This document shows, in pieces, positions 10,151 through 19,784 of a DNA stretch of 64,000 bases; the stretch's first letter is position 1, and every line of letters begins with the position of its first letter. The position numbers were made by a program, and so were the translations under genes. Source of the stretch: Terriglobia bacterium (GTDB lineage Bacteria; Acidobacteriota; Terriglobia; 20CM-2-55-15). The stretch lies in contig CBDAOY010000009.1 in the NCBI GenBank assembly GCA_965198225.1, positions 32,001 through 96,000 of the forward strand, given 5' to 3'. The notes below the pieces were generated by a model. That model had not been told where the DNA came from, did no database searches, and saw only the letters and a program-made list of their open reading frames with translations.

Positions 10151-10501
10151 GTGACGCCAGAGGAATTCGCAAACTTGAAGTCGCAAATTGCGACCTCAAA
10201 TTGCGGCGACCGATGAACGCTGCCGCGCGGGTTTACGGAGCAAGGCGTGGCCATGCTCTCAGGCATCCTTCGCCGCAAGACCGCCGTACAGGTGAATGTG
10301 GCGATCATGCGTACCTTCGTCCGGCTCCGCTGGATGCTGGCGACCAATGAGGAGCTGGCCCGCAAGGTCGCGCAGCACGACCAGGCGATCAGTATTCTCT
10401 TCGAGCACATCCAAGGGTTACTGGGGCCGCCCGAACCGCCGAAAAAACATCCGATCGGCTTCCGGGTGACGGATGACGACGAGCACTACTTATTCGAATA
10501 G
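10151..10501 (+). pseudogene. ORF6N-domain DNA-binding protein, N-truncated with internal stop
   Basis: TPEEFANLKSQIATS..*TLPRGFTEQGVAMLS..AVQVNVAIMRTFV..PIGF; TGA at 10214-10216. Confidence 0.8.
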
Positions 10502-10535
10502 CTAAATCGGAATTTCCGGTTGAGGAGAACAGTCC

Positions 10536-12854
10536 ATGCCAACGCTAAGCCTGAAGCTGGGCGACCAAGCGATCAATCTCACGAACGCGCGTGACCTGCT
10601 CAACTTGGCCGATTCCTCGCAAGGCTCGATCCTTTTCAAAATCGCCGACACAAGCTTAGCCGCTCACAAAGACAAGCCTCTCAGCGACCTCACCGATACC
10701 GAACTCCGCGTGGGGCTCAGTGTGGCGAACGATTCGAAGTGGAAGCTCGACGGCGGGGTTAACGTAAACTTCGGGATTGAAGCCTCGACCGAAGGCGCAC
10801 TGATCATTCGCAAGCAAGGCGCGTTGTTGCGCTATCGACTCGGGCACGGCAATCAGGACGACGTTGAAGTTATCGAGGTCCCCGGAGGTCACGCCTACGT
10901 TTCGGTGGAGTTGCCCGTCTCGTTGGGAATCGAGGGTGGCGCAAAATTCAGTCACGGAAACCTTGGCATTAACGCCGAGGCGTCCAAAAGCCTCAAATTC
11001 GTCATCGCCAACCACAAATGTATCCCTCTCGGCATGACCATAGGAGAGGCCTTGCGGGAGGCGTTAGAGAGATTCGAACTCCCCTTCAAACCCAAGGGTG
11101 TGGAGACGCTCGACGACAACGACTATTTAGAGTACGAGTTCATCGGCAAGCTTGCGTTGGGTTTCGGCCTCAACTACGGCGTGAAAGGAATTTTTCTGGG
11201 TGGGCGCAGCAACGGGGAGATCAAGCGGTCTTTTGAGTCGCCGCTCGGTAAGGCCGTCATCAAAGCCCGACCGTCGTTTCAAACGCGAGCGTCGTTCAGC
11301 ATCGATTACGAGCATGAGGATGCCTTCCGCGTCGTTGTCGGCAGGCACAAGAGACCCTCCGAAGGAATCAACACGGCGACGCTTTTCCTGTTCCGTATGG
11401 ATCAAAGCAAGCTCACAGTGCAGTTCAGTGCGGGGATTTCGCTCAGCGCCGGCGCGAGCGTCAAGTTCGATTTGGAGCTCGACAAAATTATCAATGCTGC
11501 TGCGAAAAAGATCACGGAGGGATTACCCGAGGGGGACGTTAGAGACGGGGCGTCCAAGGCTTTCAAGGAAGGGCTCAAGAAACAGGAGAATCGCCGGCAG
11601 TTGGAAAAGTATGTCAAGGAGGCGGATGAACGCGTCAACAAACTGCTAAAGAAGCTCGACAACAAGAAAGTCGAGCTTGCCGTTCTGCACGAGCGACTCG
11701 AGAAGGAGACTTCGCTTTTTAACTATGAATTTGATTTCAACCAGACGCCCGCGCTGGCCGAAGGTTATCCGTTGGCCGTTAAAGGCCAGTTCGCCCAAGC
11801 GATCGAGGTGGATGGCGTTACATTGTTGCCGGGCTCGTTTGTGGAAAATGAAGTGATTCGTCGAACGACGATCAACTTTCAGTTGTTTGATCTATTCCGA
11901 TTCAAGTCGATCACCGAGTACTTCAAGAAGTCCACGATGGTCTACGCGGGCCAAGGGGTGTTCCGGCTGCGTTTCGTCACGGGCGTCAAACATGAAAGCG
12001 GCAGGGTCGGCCCCACACGTCAAGTCGAAGTCTTCTATACAGCGGACGCGCTGACCAAAGATTCAATGTCCTTAGAGGACCTCGACGTGAAGATGCATTT
12101 CATCCTGAATGACCACGACAATCGCAAAGCCGCTCGGCAGACAGCCCGGGCGCTAAGTATGATAGCCGCTAGTTCGGATTTGGCACCGATCTCAGCCCGT
12201 CTCACGGAAGCGATCGAGAGCGACCCTACACCCCACGTGAAGGTCTCCTGCGTGTTTGATGAGTCGGCGTTCAAACATCTGAAGTCCGACAATTTCGTTG
12301 ACCGCAAGCCGAAGCCCCTACCGCACAAAGAAGACGAAGATAACTGGAATACCTTCGTGCAGGCGGTGAACTTCATCCATGCCGACGCAGGGTTTAATGG
12401 AGAAGGATTTCCCGATCTGGTGGAACCGTTCGACCAATGGAGCCTCTACAACCGGACGGCGATCGACCGGGAGGAATCCACGAAGCCGCCGAACCGCATG
12501 CAGGCCGGCAACATTGCAGTCGACTCGCGGTGGCCCTCATCCTGGACTGGATTCAGCGTGACGGAGCGCCGCTTCCTTTTCGACAGGCTGCTAGACGGCT
12601 GCAGGGGCCTGCTGGTCATGGGTAGTGGCCCCGGCGGTGCCCCCGCCCATCCCCCGCCTGGGGATCGCTCCCGTCCGATTTATCCCTGCGGGAAGGCTCG
12701 GATTCGGGCCGAAACAGGAGGCGGGAAGCGCCTGGGCCGGCGCGGGCAATTGGAGCCAGGACCGGAAAGAAACCGGGGCCGGAAACAAGCCCCGGTGGGG
12801 CTGGAGGGTGGAGCGGGTTTTGACCGGGAAAACGGTTGGGGGATAGCGGAATGA
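10536..12854 (+). CDS. Large hypothetical protein; the tail after about 12575 is probably an unrelated fused sequence
   Basis: GAGGAG RBS; about 680 aa of normal composition, then an abrupt switch to Gly/Pro/Arg-rich, higher-GC sequence. Confidence 0.7.
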   Translation: MPTLSLKLGDQAINLTNARDLLNLADSSQGSILFKIADTSLAAHKDKPLSDLTDTELRVGLSVANDSKWKLDGGVNVNFGIEASTEGALIIRKQGALLRYRLGHGNQDDVEVIEVPGGHAYVSVELPVSLGIEGGAKFSHGNLGINAEASKSLKFVIANHKCIPLGMTIGEALREALERFELPFKPKGVETLDDNDYLEYEFIGKLALGFGLNYGVKGIFLGGRSNGEIKRSFESPLGKAVIKARPSFQTRASFSIDYEHEDAFRVVVGRHKRPSEGINTATLFLFRMDQSKLTVQFSAGISLSAGASVKFDLELDKIINAAAKKITEGLPEGDVRDGASKAFKEGLKKQENRRQLEKYVKEADERVNKLLKKLDNKKVELAVLHERLEKETSLFNYEFDFNQTPALAEGYPLAVKGQFAQAIEVDGVTLLPGSFVENEVIRRTTINFQLFDLFRFKSITEYFKKSTMVYAGQGVFRLRFVTGVKHESGRVGPTRQVEVFYTADALTKDSMSLEDLDVKMHFILNDHDNRKAARQTARALSMIAASSDLAPISARLTEAIESDPTPHVKVSCVFDESAFKHLKSDNFVDRKPKPLPHKEDEDNWNTFVQAVNFIHADAGFNGEGFPDLVEPFDQWSLYNRTAIDREESTKPPNRMQAGNIAVDSRWPSSWTGFSVTERRFLFDRLLDGCRGLLVMGSGPGGAPAHPPPGDRSRPIYPCGKARIRAETGGGKRLGRRGQLEPGPERNRGRKQAPVGLEGGAGFDRENGWGIAE

Positions 12855-14911
12855 GAGGGCGGCATTACTTCCTGATTGTCGTTGGCGCGGTCGTTGCCGG
12901 GTGGGGATTCTACTACCGACCATTTCCGCCGATTGCCGGCATTCCCCCTTTCGTCATCATGGACATCTACTACCCCAATTCCCTCCTGGCCATCAAGCTC
13001 TGGTACTACGCCTTACCCGGCGTTGCCGTCTCGGGCGGGGGGCTCATTCTGCTGTCCCTCTGGCGGGTGTATTTCGAGAAGTGGGATCGAAGGGGTTCGG
13101 GCAAGGGGAAGCTCCCGACGTGGCCCCTGGACCCGGAAGCGGACGGACCCTCAATCGTCGTCGGGGAGGTCCACCACCCGGTCGCCGTCCAGGAGGTCCG
13201 CCGCCCCTCCTGGCTCACTATTCCAGAGCGGGGACTCTATACCGGAGTCGCCATCTTCGGGGCCGTGGGATCGGGCAAGACTTCGGCCTGCATGCACCCC
13301 TTCGCCTCCCAGCTTCTCGGCTGGCGGGCCGGGGATCCGGAGCGGCGGGCGGCGGCCCTGGTCCTGGAAGTCAAGGGCGACTTCTGCCATGACATCCGCA
13401 AGATTCTGGCCGGGGCGGGGCGCGGGGAGGATTACGTCGAGTTGAGCATGGATGGGCGGTGGTACTGGAACCCGCTCGCCGCTCCATGGCTCGATTCCTA
13501 CTCGCTGGCCTACACCATCTCGAGCCTGCTCAACCAACTCTTCGGCAAGGGCAAGGACCCGTTCTGGCAACAAGCCTATACCAATCTCGTCCGCTGGATT
13601 ATCGAGCTGCACCGGGTGTTGCCCGGAGGGTGGGTCACATTGCAGGACGTTTATCGCTGCACGATCAGCCCGGCCCTGCTGGCGGCAAAGATCGAGAAGG
13701 CCGAACAGGCCGCCCTGCGGGGGCAGGACGGCACGTTGCAAATCACGCGGAAGGCGTTCGCCAACTCCAAAGGACTCGATGCCTGGAAATGGACCCCCAT
13801 CGAAAACACCGATTACACCGAGGCGGAGTATTCGGCGGAACTGCGGAACAAGCTGATCGAACTGAAGGTGAACTACGAAGAAGACTGGCCCCAAAGCGAA
13901 GGCGCGGGACAGGAACGTGTAGAGCACGTGTGGGCGGTCCAGCGCTGGTACCAGGAAGACTGGATGAAACTCGATAACAAGGTGCGGTCCTCGGTCGTTG
14001 AAGGCGTGGCCGTATTCCTGTCCATGTTCGACCTGCCCGAAGTGGCGCGGGTGTTCTGTCCCGGCCCGCCCCAGAAATGGGACCCCGCGGTCGAGGCGAA
14101 GCGGCGGGCGGCGGTCCCGGACCCGGACGACGAGATCACGAGCGGCGGCGGCGTATTGGCAACTTCGATCAAGCGCCACCTGCCCCCGATGGATGAATTG
14201 ATCGAGAGCGGCAAGGTGCTGGCGCTCAATATGCCGGCCGGGGCCAATCCGGCGCTCGCCCGCGCCATCGGCGTCATGCTCAAGAACGCATGGCTCCAAA
14301 CCCTGCTCCGGCGGCCGGCCCGGATGAAGGAATCGCCGCAGCGCTACTTCCGGCCCGCCGTCTTTATCTGCGATGAATACCAGTCCTTCGCCTCGGTCGG
14401 CGAGGACGATCCTTCCGGCGACGAGAAGGCGTTCGCCCTCACCCGGCAATGCCGCGTCATTCCGATTGTCGCCACACAATCTATTTCCTCGCTCCGGTCG
14501 GTCCTGGGAAGCTCGGAGGCCTGGCGCACCTTGCTTCAAACATTGCGGACCCGGATCTTCCTGTCCCTGAGCGATGACGCCTCGGCCCGGATCGCATCGG
14601 AGTTGTGCGGACAGGTGGCCAAGATCAAGGGATCCTACACGCTCACCGAATCGGCGAAGCGGGCCGGTATCTCCCCCCTCTCGGGACGGGCCGGGGGCGG
14701 AGCCGGAAACATCGGCGCGAGCAAATCCTTCCAGGAACGCAGGGAGGCCGTCTTCCATCCCCGGGACTTCGCCCTGCTGTCGAACTGCCAGGCCATCTGC
14801 CTCCCCTATGACGGGGCGCAGTCGCTCGAACCACGGAGGGTCTATCTCAAACCCCACTACCTGCCCCGGGACCATTCCTACTGGCGGCAACTCAGGGACG
14901 GGCGGCTATGA
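12851..14911 (+). CDS. VirD4/TraD-like type IV coupling protein
   Basis: Two N-terminal TM segments, Walker A GAVGSGKT, LEVKGD, WNPL, DPFWQQA, Walker B FICDEYQ, VATQS. Confidence 0.85.
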   Translation: MRGRHYFLIVVGAVVAGWGFYYRPFPPIAGIPPFVIMDIYYPNSLLAIKLWYYALPGVAVSGGGLILLSLWRVYFEKWDRRGSGKGKLPTWPLDPEADGPSIVVGEVHHPVAVQEVRRPSWLTIPERGLYTGVAIFGAVGSGKTSACMHPFASQLLGWRAGDPERRAAALVLEVKGDFCHDIRKILAGAGRGEDYVELSMDGRWYWNPLAAPWLDSYSLAYTISSLLNQLFGKGKDPFWQQAYTNLVRWIIELHRVLPGGWVTLQDVYRCTISPALLAAKIEKAEQAALRGQDGTLQITRKAFANSKGLDAWKWTPIENTDYTEAEYSAELRNKLIELKVNYEEDWPQSEGAGQERVEHVWAVQRWYQEDWMKLDNKVRSSVVEGVAVFLSMFDLPEVARVFCPGPPQKWDPAVEAKRRAAVPDPDDEITSGGGVLATSIKRHLPPMDELIESGKVLALNMPAGANPALARAIGVMLKNAWLQTLLRRPARMKESPQRYFRPAVFICDEYQSFASVGEDDPSGDEKAFALTRQCRVIPIVATQSISSLRSVLGSSEAWRTLLQTLRTRIFLSLSDDASARIASELCGQVAKIKGSYTLTESAKRAGISPLSGRAGGGAGNIGASKSFQERREAVFHPRDFALLSNCQAICLPYDGAQSLEPRRVYLKPHYLPRDHSYWRQLRDGRL

Positions 14912-15900
14912 GCGGGGCCAGTGGCCTCGAATACCTCAAGCCGTTCCTGCCGGGACTGGAACCCGTGCTGGCGGACCCGGACGTGAGCGAGATCATGATC
15001 AACGGCCCGAACAACGTCTGGATCGAACGGGCCGGGAAACTCCAACCCCACCCGGCGCCCGCGCTCGATCGGCGGGCACTGGCCCGCGCGGCCATCCATA
15101 TTGCGCGGCCCCTGGGCCTGGACCCGGCACAGAAGCCTATCGTGGATGCACGCCTGGAAGACGGATCGCGTGTCGCCATCTGCGTCCCGCCGGCCAGTCC
15201 CCGGGTGGCCATCACCGTGCGGCGCTTCGGCAAGCGGAGTTTTTCTCCCGACGATCTGGTGCGGCTCGGTTCCCTGCCCCCGGAGGTGTTCGCCGCGGCG
15301 CGCAAGGCGCTGCTGGGACAACAGAACATTCTCGTGTCGGGCGGAACCGGATCGGGCAAGACTACCCTGCTCAATGCGCTGATCGAACTGCTGCCCTCCG
15401 ACGACCGGATTGTTTCGATCGAGGACACGCTCGAGCTGCGGATCGACCAATCCAATTGCGTCCGCTTCGAGGCGCGCGGCATCGACAGCGGAGCGGTGAC
15501 GATCCGGGACCTCGTCAAACACGCACTCCGCCATCGACCGGACCATATCGTCGTGGGCGAGGTCCGGGGCGGCGAGGCCGCCGATCTTCTCCAGGCCCTC
15601 AACACCGGACACGGCGGCTCGCTGACCACGATCCACGCCAACAACGCCGAATCGGCCCTTTCGCGGCTGGCCAGCTGCGCTATGCAGGGTGGCGGCGATC
15701 TTCCCTGGGAAGTCACCTGCCGGGGCGTCACGGACGGAATCTCCATGGTCATTCACATGACGCGGCGCGACGGGAAGCGATACGTCGAGGAAGCGCTCCA
15801 CGTCGGCGACTACGACGTGGACAAGCGGCGCTGGCACTACCGGCCCGTCGCGTTTCCATCGCCACACCCCCGCCCCACACTGAGAGAGGTAAAACCATGA
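14908..15900 (+). CDS. VirB11/CpaF-family secretion ATPase
   Basis: EIMING, SGGTGSGKTT, SIEDTLEL, ALRHRPDHIVVGEVRG, NTGHGGSLTTIHAN; ATGA overlap with the upstream gene. Confidence 0.92.
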   Translation: MSGASGLEYLKPFLPGLEPVLADPDVSEIMINGPNNVWIERAGKLQPHPAPALDRRALARAAIHIARPLGLDPAQKPIVDARLEDGSRVAICVPPASPRVAITVRRFGKRSFSPDDLVRLGSLPPEVFAAARKALLGQQNILVSGGTGSGKTTLLNALIELLPSDDRIVSIEDTLELRIDQSNCVRFEARGIDSGAVTIRDLVKHALRHRPDHIVVGEVRGGEAADLLQALNTGHGGSLTTIHANNAESALSRLASCAMQGGGDLPWEVTCRGVTDGISMVIHMTRRDGKRYVEEALHVGDYDVDKRRWHYRPVAFPSPHPRPTLREVKP

Positions 15901-16600
15901 CGGATACAGCGAAGCGCTTACGGAAGAACCGGGCCGCACGGCTCGGCGCGCTGATGGCCTTCGCAGCGATTATCGCCCTTGCGATGGCCGGACAGTGGGC
16001 CGGACCCATCACGATGCGTGTGGAGCGCGTCGTTGACGGCGATACCCTGGTGGTTCGCTATCAAGACGAGAGCCACACCGTCCGCCTCGTCGGAGTGGAT
16101 ACCCCCGAAACGGTGCATCCCACCCGGGCCGTGCAGTATTTCGGGGCCGAGGCGTCCGCTTTCACCAGGGCCCGGCTGGAGGGCAAGACGATGCACTTCG
16201 TACGGGATCGTATCGGGGATAGCGCGATCCCTTCGGGCGGCTATTGCGCCATGTCTATCTCGATGGCGAAAACTCCAATGCCACCCTCATCCGCGAAGGC
16301 TACGGCCATGCGATTCGCGGATTCGATGACTCGATGCGGCGCGACTTTATCGCGCTCGATAATCAGGCCCGCGATCAGAGGCGGGGCTTATGGGGCCGTC
16401 CGCGTCAGGCGGGTTACGCCAACCAGATCATCTTGGCGTGTTCCCCGGCCGTGGGGCCGCGACACGCGCCGGTTCGAACCACCGCAATACGAGATATGGC
16501 GTCCGCCGGCGCGGCCCCTTCGCCCGTCCCCAGGAACACCCGTCAAGCTGGACTGCAAGCGCCGTCCCGATCGCTGGAGGTAACGCGTGGGTTGCTCTGA
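15897..16600 (+). pseudogene. Thermonuclease (SNase) family protein, frameshifted near 16222
   Basis: Signal/TM segment, VVDGDT, VRLVGVDTPE in one frame; DPFGRLLRHVY...LIREGYG...RGLW in the next frame. Confidence 0.85.
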
Positions 16601-16861
16601 CAATCGCTGCCCGACACCGCCCGGATCATGGATCGAGTGCGCCATTATCCGCTTGCCGATGTTGGGTCCGGTGGCCCGGCGCACCTCTCGCGCCAGACCG
16701 GGAGCCCGCTTCGCGGAGTCTGTCCGTCGAGTTGCCTTTTGCCGGGCGGGCCCGTCCCCAGCATCGGCTTACGCGCGTCCCCTTCAATCAGGGCTTGCCT
16801 TTGTCGCCTGTCTTTGTGAACGACAAAGATCAAACCCTTAACTCTCAGGAGGAAAAACATC

Positions 16862-17128
16862 ATGGCGAATCAACCCATTGACGAAATCCGGATCGGTGCC
16901 GTCAAGGCGACGATTTGGCGGAACGGAACCGAGGACCGCCCCCGGCACAACATCACCTTCGCCCGTCTCTACAAGGACGGCGATACCTGGAAGTCCACGC
17001 AGAGCTTCGGGCGGGACGACCTCTTGGTGCTGGCGAAGGTGGCCGACCACGCGCATTCGGAAATCTTCGCGCTTTCGCTGGAAGCCGCCGCGAAGGCCGC
17101 CGCGGAGGAGGACACGCCAGAGGCATAA
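16862..17128 (+). CDS. Small conserved-looking hypothetical protein, putative ssDNA-binding (PC4/PUR-like)
   Basis: Strong AGGAGG RBS; beta-strand-rich pattern IRIGAVKATIWRN...ITFARLYKDG..WKSTQSF then a helix and acidic tail. Confidence 0.7.
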   Translation: MANQPIDEIRIGAVKATIWRNGTEDRPRHNITFARLYKDGDTWKSTQSFGRDDLLVLAKVADHAHSEIFALSLEAAAKAAAEEDTPEA

Positions 17129-17552
17129 CCCAACGCGGACGCGGCGGGGATCAACCCCGCCGTGATCCGCGCCGCGCGCTTCTTCCCCGTTTCGTCCGGC
17201 ATCGCCCGGATCACAGCGTGGTGGGGGCGGCCTGGGGCGGGGAGGCCTCCGTCCTGCTGTAGGCCTCAACCTAAGCGCTCGGCGGCTCGGAGAAACTCCC
17301 CGAGACGGAATTGCACGAAGCCAGGGAAAGCTAAGGACATGCCGTATGTTGAGGGATGACAGCTTCGGGTTAAGCACTCGGGAGGCATACCTGCCATCCA
17401 CGACGGGCGCAAAGCCATGGGTCCTGGGTTGCCGATCCAGCGGCATCCTGCCGGAGAACGGGCGGAACCTGTTTAACCTGACAGAACCTGAATACGACAG
17501 TCGGGTTCCCGCGGGTGAAGTCCCGGCCGATCTCCCCGGTGGACCAGCGCCA

Positions 17553-17822
17553 GTGATCCGCGAAGCTTCGCTCCAGGCTCGGCGCCACTTCACCCTTGCC
17601 GATCAGGTGAACCAACTTGTCGCGGCCAGTGAAGCGGACCCCGAAACGGGGTTCATATCGCGGATGCTGGCGCTGTGTTCTCAGTCCCGCACCAACCCCG
17701 GCAACCGGATTCAGTACAAGCGGCGCAACGGCCCCTACACGCCCTACATGACCGCGGGCGGTGACAACAATCTTCCTTTCGGCACCCCGGCCCACCTACT
17801 GATGGTTTGGTTGTGTATCGAA
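17553..17822 (+). pseudogene. repA: Plasmid replication initiator RepA (RepA_C/IncW-like), truncated
   Basis: RHFTLADQVNQLVAASEADP..GFISRMLALCS..RTNPG...YKRRNGPY...LPFG...LLMVWLC, then similarity is lost. Confidence 0.7.
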
Positions 17823-18158
17823 TGGATTCCATGGCCGATCTTGGCGATGATCGCCACCTCTACGCCTTACCCGACCTTGTCCTTCATGCCATGGATTTCG
17901 CGGGCGCTTTCGGTTTCATTGATGCGGATTGTACTCAGTATGCTGAAATCGTCGCTTGTTTCCTCGCGCACATTATCAACAGCGGAAAAAACGCTCAAGC
18001 TGTCGAAATGTCACAACTCCACGATATACGTCACTGCATCATATAAAGCAGGATACACGGTCTTTGAAGCGGCCCATCGCATAGTGTTCTGTGGGCATTC
18101 CCCTGATGCGAGAATCAGTAGCGATTCACCCCTGACTCTTTTGGGGAGTAGGTGAACG

Positions 18159-18398
18159 ATGATCGGAAAAGCAGTCGCCTTGATCCAGGTCCCGAACCAG
18201 CGCCTGTTCAGCATGAGAGCGGCGGCGCGATATCTCGGGCTTCACGAACAGACCCTGCGCAAGCTGTCCGATACGGCAGCCCTCCCTGTCCGTCGGCTCG
18301 GAAACCGCCGGGTGTTCCTGCTCGACGATCTGGATCGCTACATCGAGTCACTCCCCGAGTGGTACCCTGTAAGCGGTGACGAAAACCCGCGACAATAG
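18159..18398 (+). CDS. Excisionase-like HTH DNA-binding protein
   Basis: LFSMRAAARYLGLHEQTLRKL...RRLGNRRVF..DDLDRYI; directly upstream of the integrase. Confidence 0.85.
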   Translation: MIGKAVALIQVPNQRLFSMRAAARYLGLHEQTLRKLSDTAALPVRRLGNRRVFLLDDLDRYIESLPEWYPVSGDENPRQ

Positions 18399-19464
18399 TA
18401 AGGAGTACCGTATGCCTATACATGAACGGCGCGACCGTCGCGGGCGCGTCAGAATCTATGTCGACAAGCAGTGGCCGGACGGCACCCGTTTCAGGCGGGT
18501 AATGCCAAACCGGACCAGAGCGAAGAATACGCTCGCCCGCATCGAGGGAAGCATCGCCACGGGAACGTGGCCGACAACAAAGGAGTCTCTGGAACGGGGG
18601 CGGGATCCGTTGGAGGACCCGACGATCGCCGAATTCACACCCCTGTACTTGGAATATTGTCGGAAGCAGAATCGGCGGCCGGAGTTCAAGAAGTTCGCCT
18701 TGGACCCGGTCGTGAGAGTTCTAGGGCGCCTTCGGGTTCGGGAGGTGCGACGGAAGCACGGACATGTTTTCGTTGAAGCCCGCTCCCGAGAGGTTTCGTC
18801 CGCAACGGTGAATCGCAGCATTGCCGTCCTGAGTCACTTGCTGACGTACGCGATGGATCGGGGCATCATCGAGACCCATCCGCTTGCCCGGTTTCCGCAT
18901 CTGCCGGAACCGATATCCAAGCTTCGGGTGATGACACCTGAAGAGGCAGACCGCCTAGTTGCTGCCACGTATCAGATCGATCCAGTCATCGGTGTGTTCG
19001 TCGATGTGCTGGCTGAGACTGGGCTTCGCAAGTCCGAAGCTCTGGCGCTCTGCTGGCCAGAGGTCGACTTGCAAGCGAGACGATTGACTGTGGCCGAAAG
19101 CAAGAGTGGTAAGCTCCGGCACGTTCCGATTACGGAGAGGGCCGCGACCGCTTTGCGTTCGTTCGTTCGAGCGATCGATGAGCCGCATGTCTTCGTTCAT
19201 CCCGTGACGGGGCAACCCTGGCGGGACCCGCGAGTGCCTTTCGCAAAAGCAAGAACAGCGGTGGGGCCATCCTGGGTGGGTTTCCATGATTTCCGGCACT
19301 ACCGGGCGACCCAGTGGGTGAAGCTCGGCATGCCGCTCCGGGAAGTGAAGGAGTTCCTGGGGCACCGTTACATCGATACCACGATGCGTTACGCACACTT
19401 CGTTGAAGATCACGCGTGGCCGATGGCCCGCGAGATTGAGCGCAAAGAAGCGGCCAGCCGTTAG
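18376..19464 (+). CDS. Tyrosine recombinase/integrase
   Basis: TGLRKSE, KSGK, HDFRH, LGH and TTMRY catalytic residues. Confidence 0.95.
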   Translation: MTKTRDNSKEYRMPIHERRDRRGRVRIYVDKQWPDGTRFRRVMPNRTRAKNTLARIEGSIATGTWPTTKESLERGRDPLEDPTIAEFTPLYLEYCRKQNRRPEFKKFALDPVVRVLGRLRVREVRRKHGHVFVEARSREVSSATVNRSIAVLSHLLTYAMDRGIIETHPLARFPHLPEPISKLRVMTPEEADRLVAATYQIDPVIGVFVDVLAETGLRKSEALALCWPEVDLQARRLTVAESKSGKLRHVPITERAATALRSFVRAIDEPHVFVHPVTGQPWRDPRVPFAKARTAVGPSWVGFHDFRHYRATQWVKLGMPLREVKEFLGHRYIDTTMRYAHFVEDHAWPMAREIERKEAASR

Positions 19465-19467
19465 TGG

Positions 19468-19489
19468 CTGGACGAAAACTGGACGACAA
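19468..19489 (+). repeat. Tandem 11-bp repeat, putative integrase arm-type sites
   Basis: CTGGACGAAAA-CTGGACGACAA between the int stop and the tRNA 3' end. Confidence 0.5.
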
Positions 19490-19547
19490 TCGTGCAGGAT
19501 GGAACAGAGGCAGTGACTGTTGAGGGCTAAGGCGCTGAAACCAAAAG

Positions 19548-19631
19548 TGCCGAAAAGAGGACTCGAACCTCCACGGGGTTGCCCCCACTAGATCCTGAAT
19601 CTAGCGCGTCTGCCAATTCCGCCATTTCGGC
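19548..19631 (-). tRNA. tRNA-Leu(CAG)
   Basis: GCCGAAA...TTTCGGCA acceptor, CTAGA-TTCAGGA-TCTAG anticodon arm, long variable arm, GTTCGAGTC T-loop. Confidence 0.97.
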
Positions 19632-19784
19632 TTGAGCATTAAATTTAGAGAGGTTTGACGGCGAAGTCAACGTAGGCTGGAATCGTGCTTCGCTTTAAGA
19701 TGTGCGGTCATAGACCGCACCGACACCTCCCCAACCGCTAAGTCATGATTGTAAAATAGCTTCGGTTGCGGAAATACTGAAGGG

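Larger units (their letters stand above)
1..19547. mobile_element. Integrative element/genomic island (right part) integrated at the tRNA-Leu 3' end; left boundary lies outside the window
   Basis: Integrase and excisionase abut the tRNA-Leu 3' end; cargo of plasmid genes, IS elements and many gene fragments; housekeeping rnr begins just past the tRNA; no second copy of the tRNA 3' end seen in the window. Confidence 0.85.

Noticed and set aside
14574-16583. 669-aa ORF as a single protein
   Set aside because: Only the part from ATG 15897 (thermonuclease N-terminus) is credible; the rest overlaps virD4/virB11 out of frame
17444-17451. CATCCTGC as a MOBP-type oriT nick site
   Set aside because: Only an 8-bp match, no clear upstream inverted repeat, no relaxase in the window
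17467-17493. Three AACCTG repeats upstream of repA as iterons
   Set aside because: Too short and too few to support
17822-18046. Small ORF after the repA fragment
   Set aside because: No RBS or motif; lies at a junction and cannot be supported as a gene
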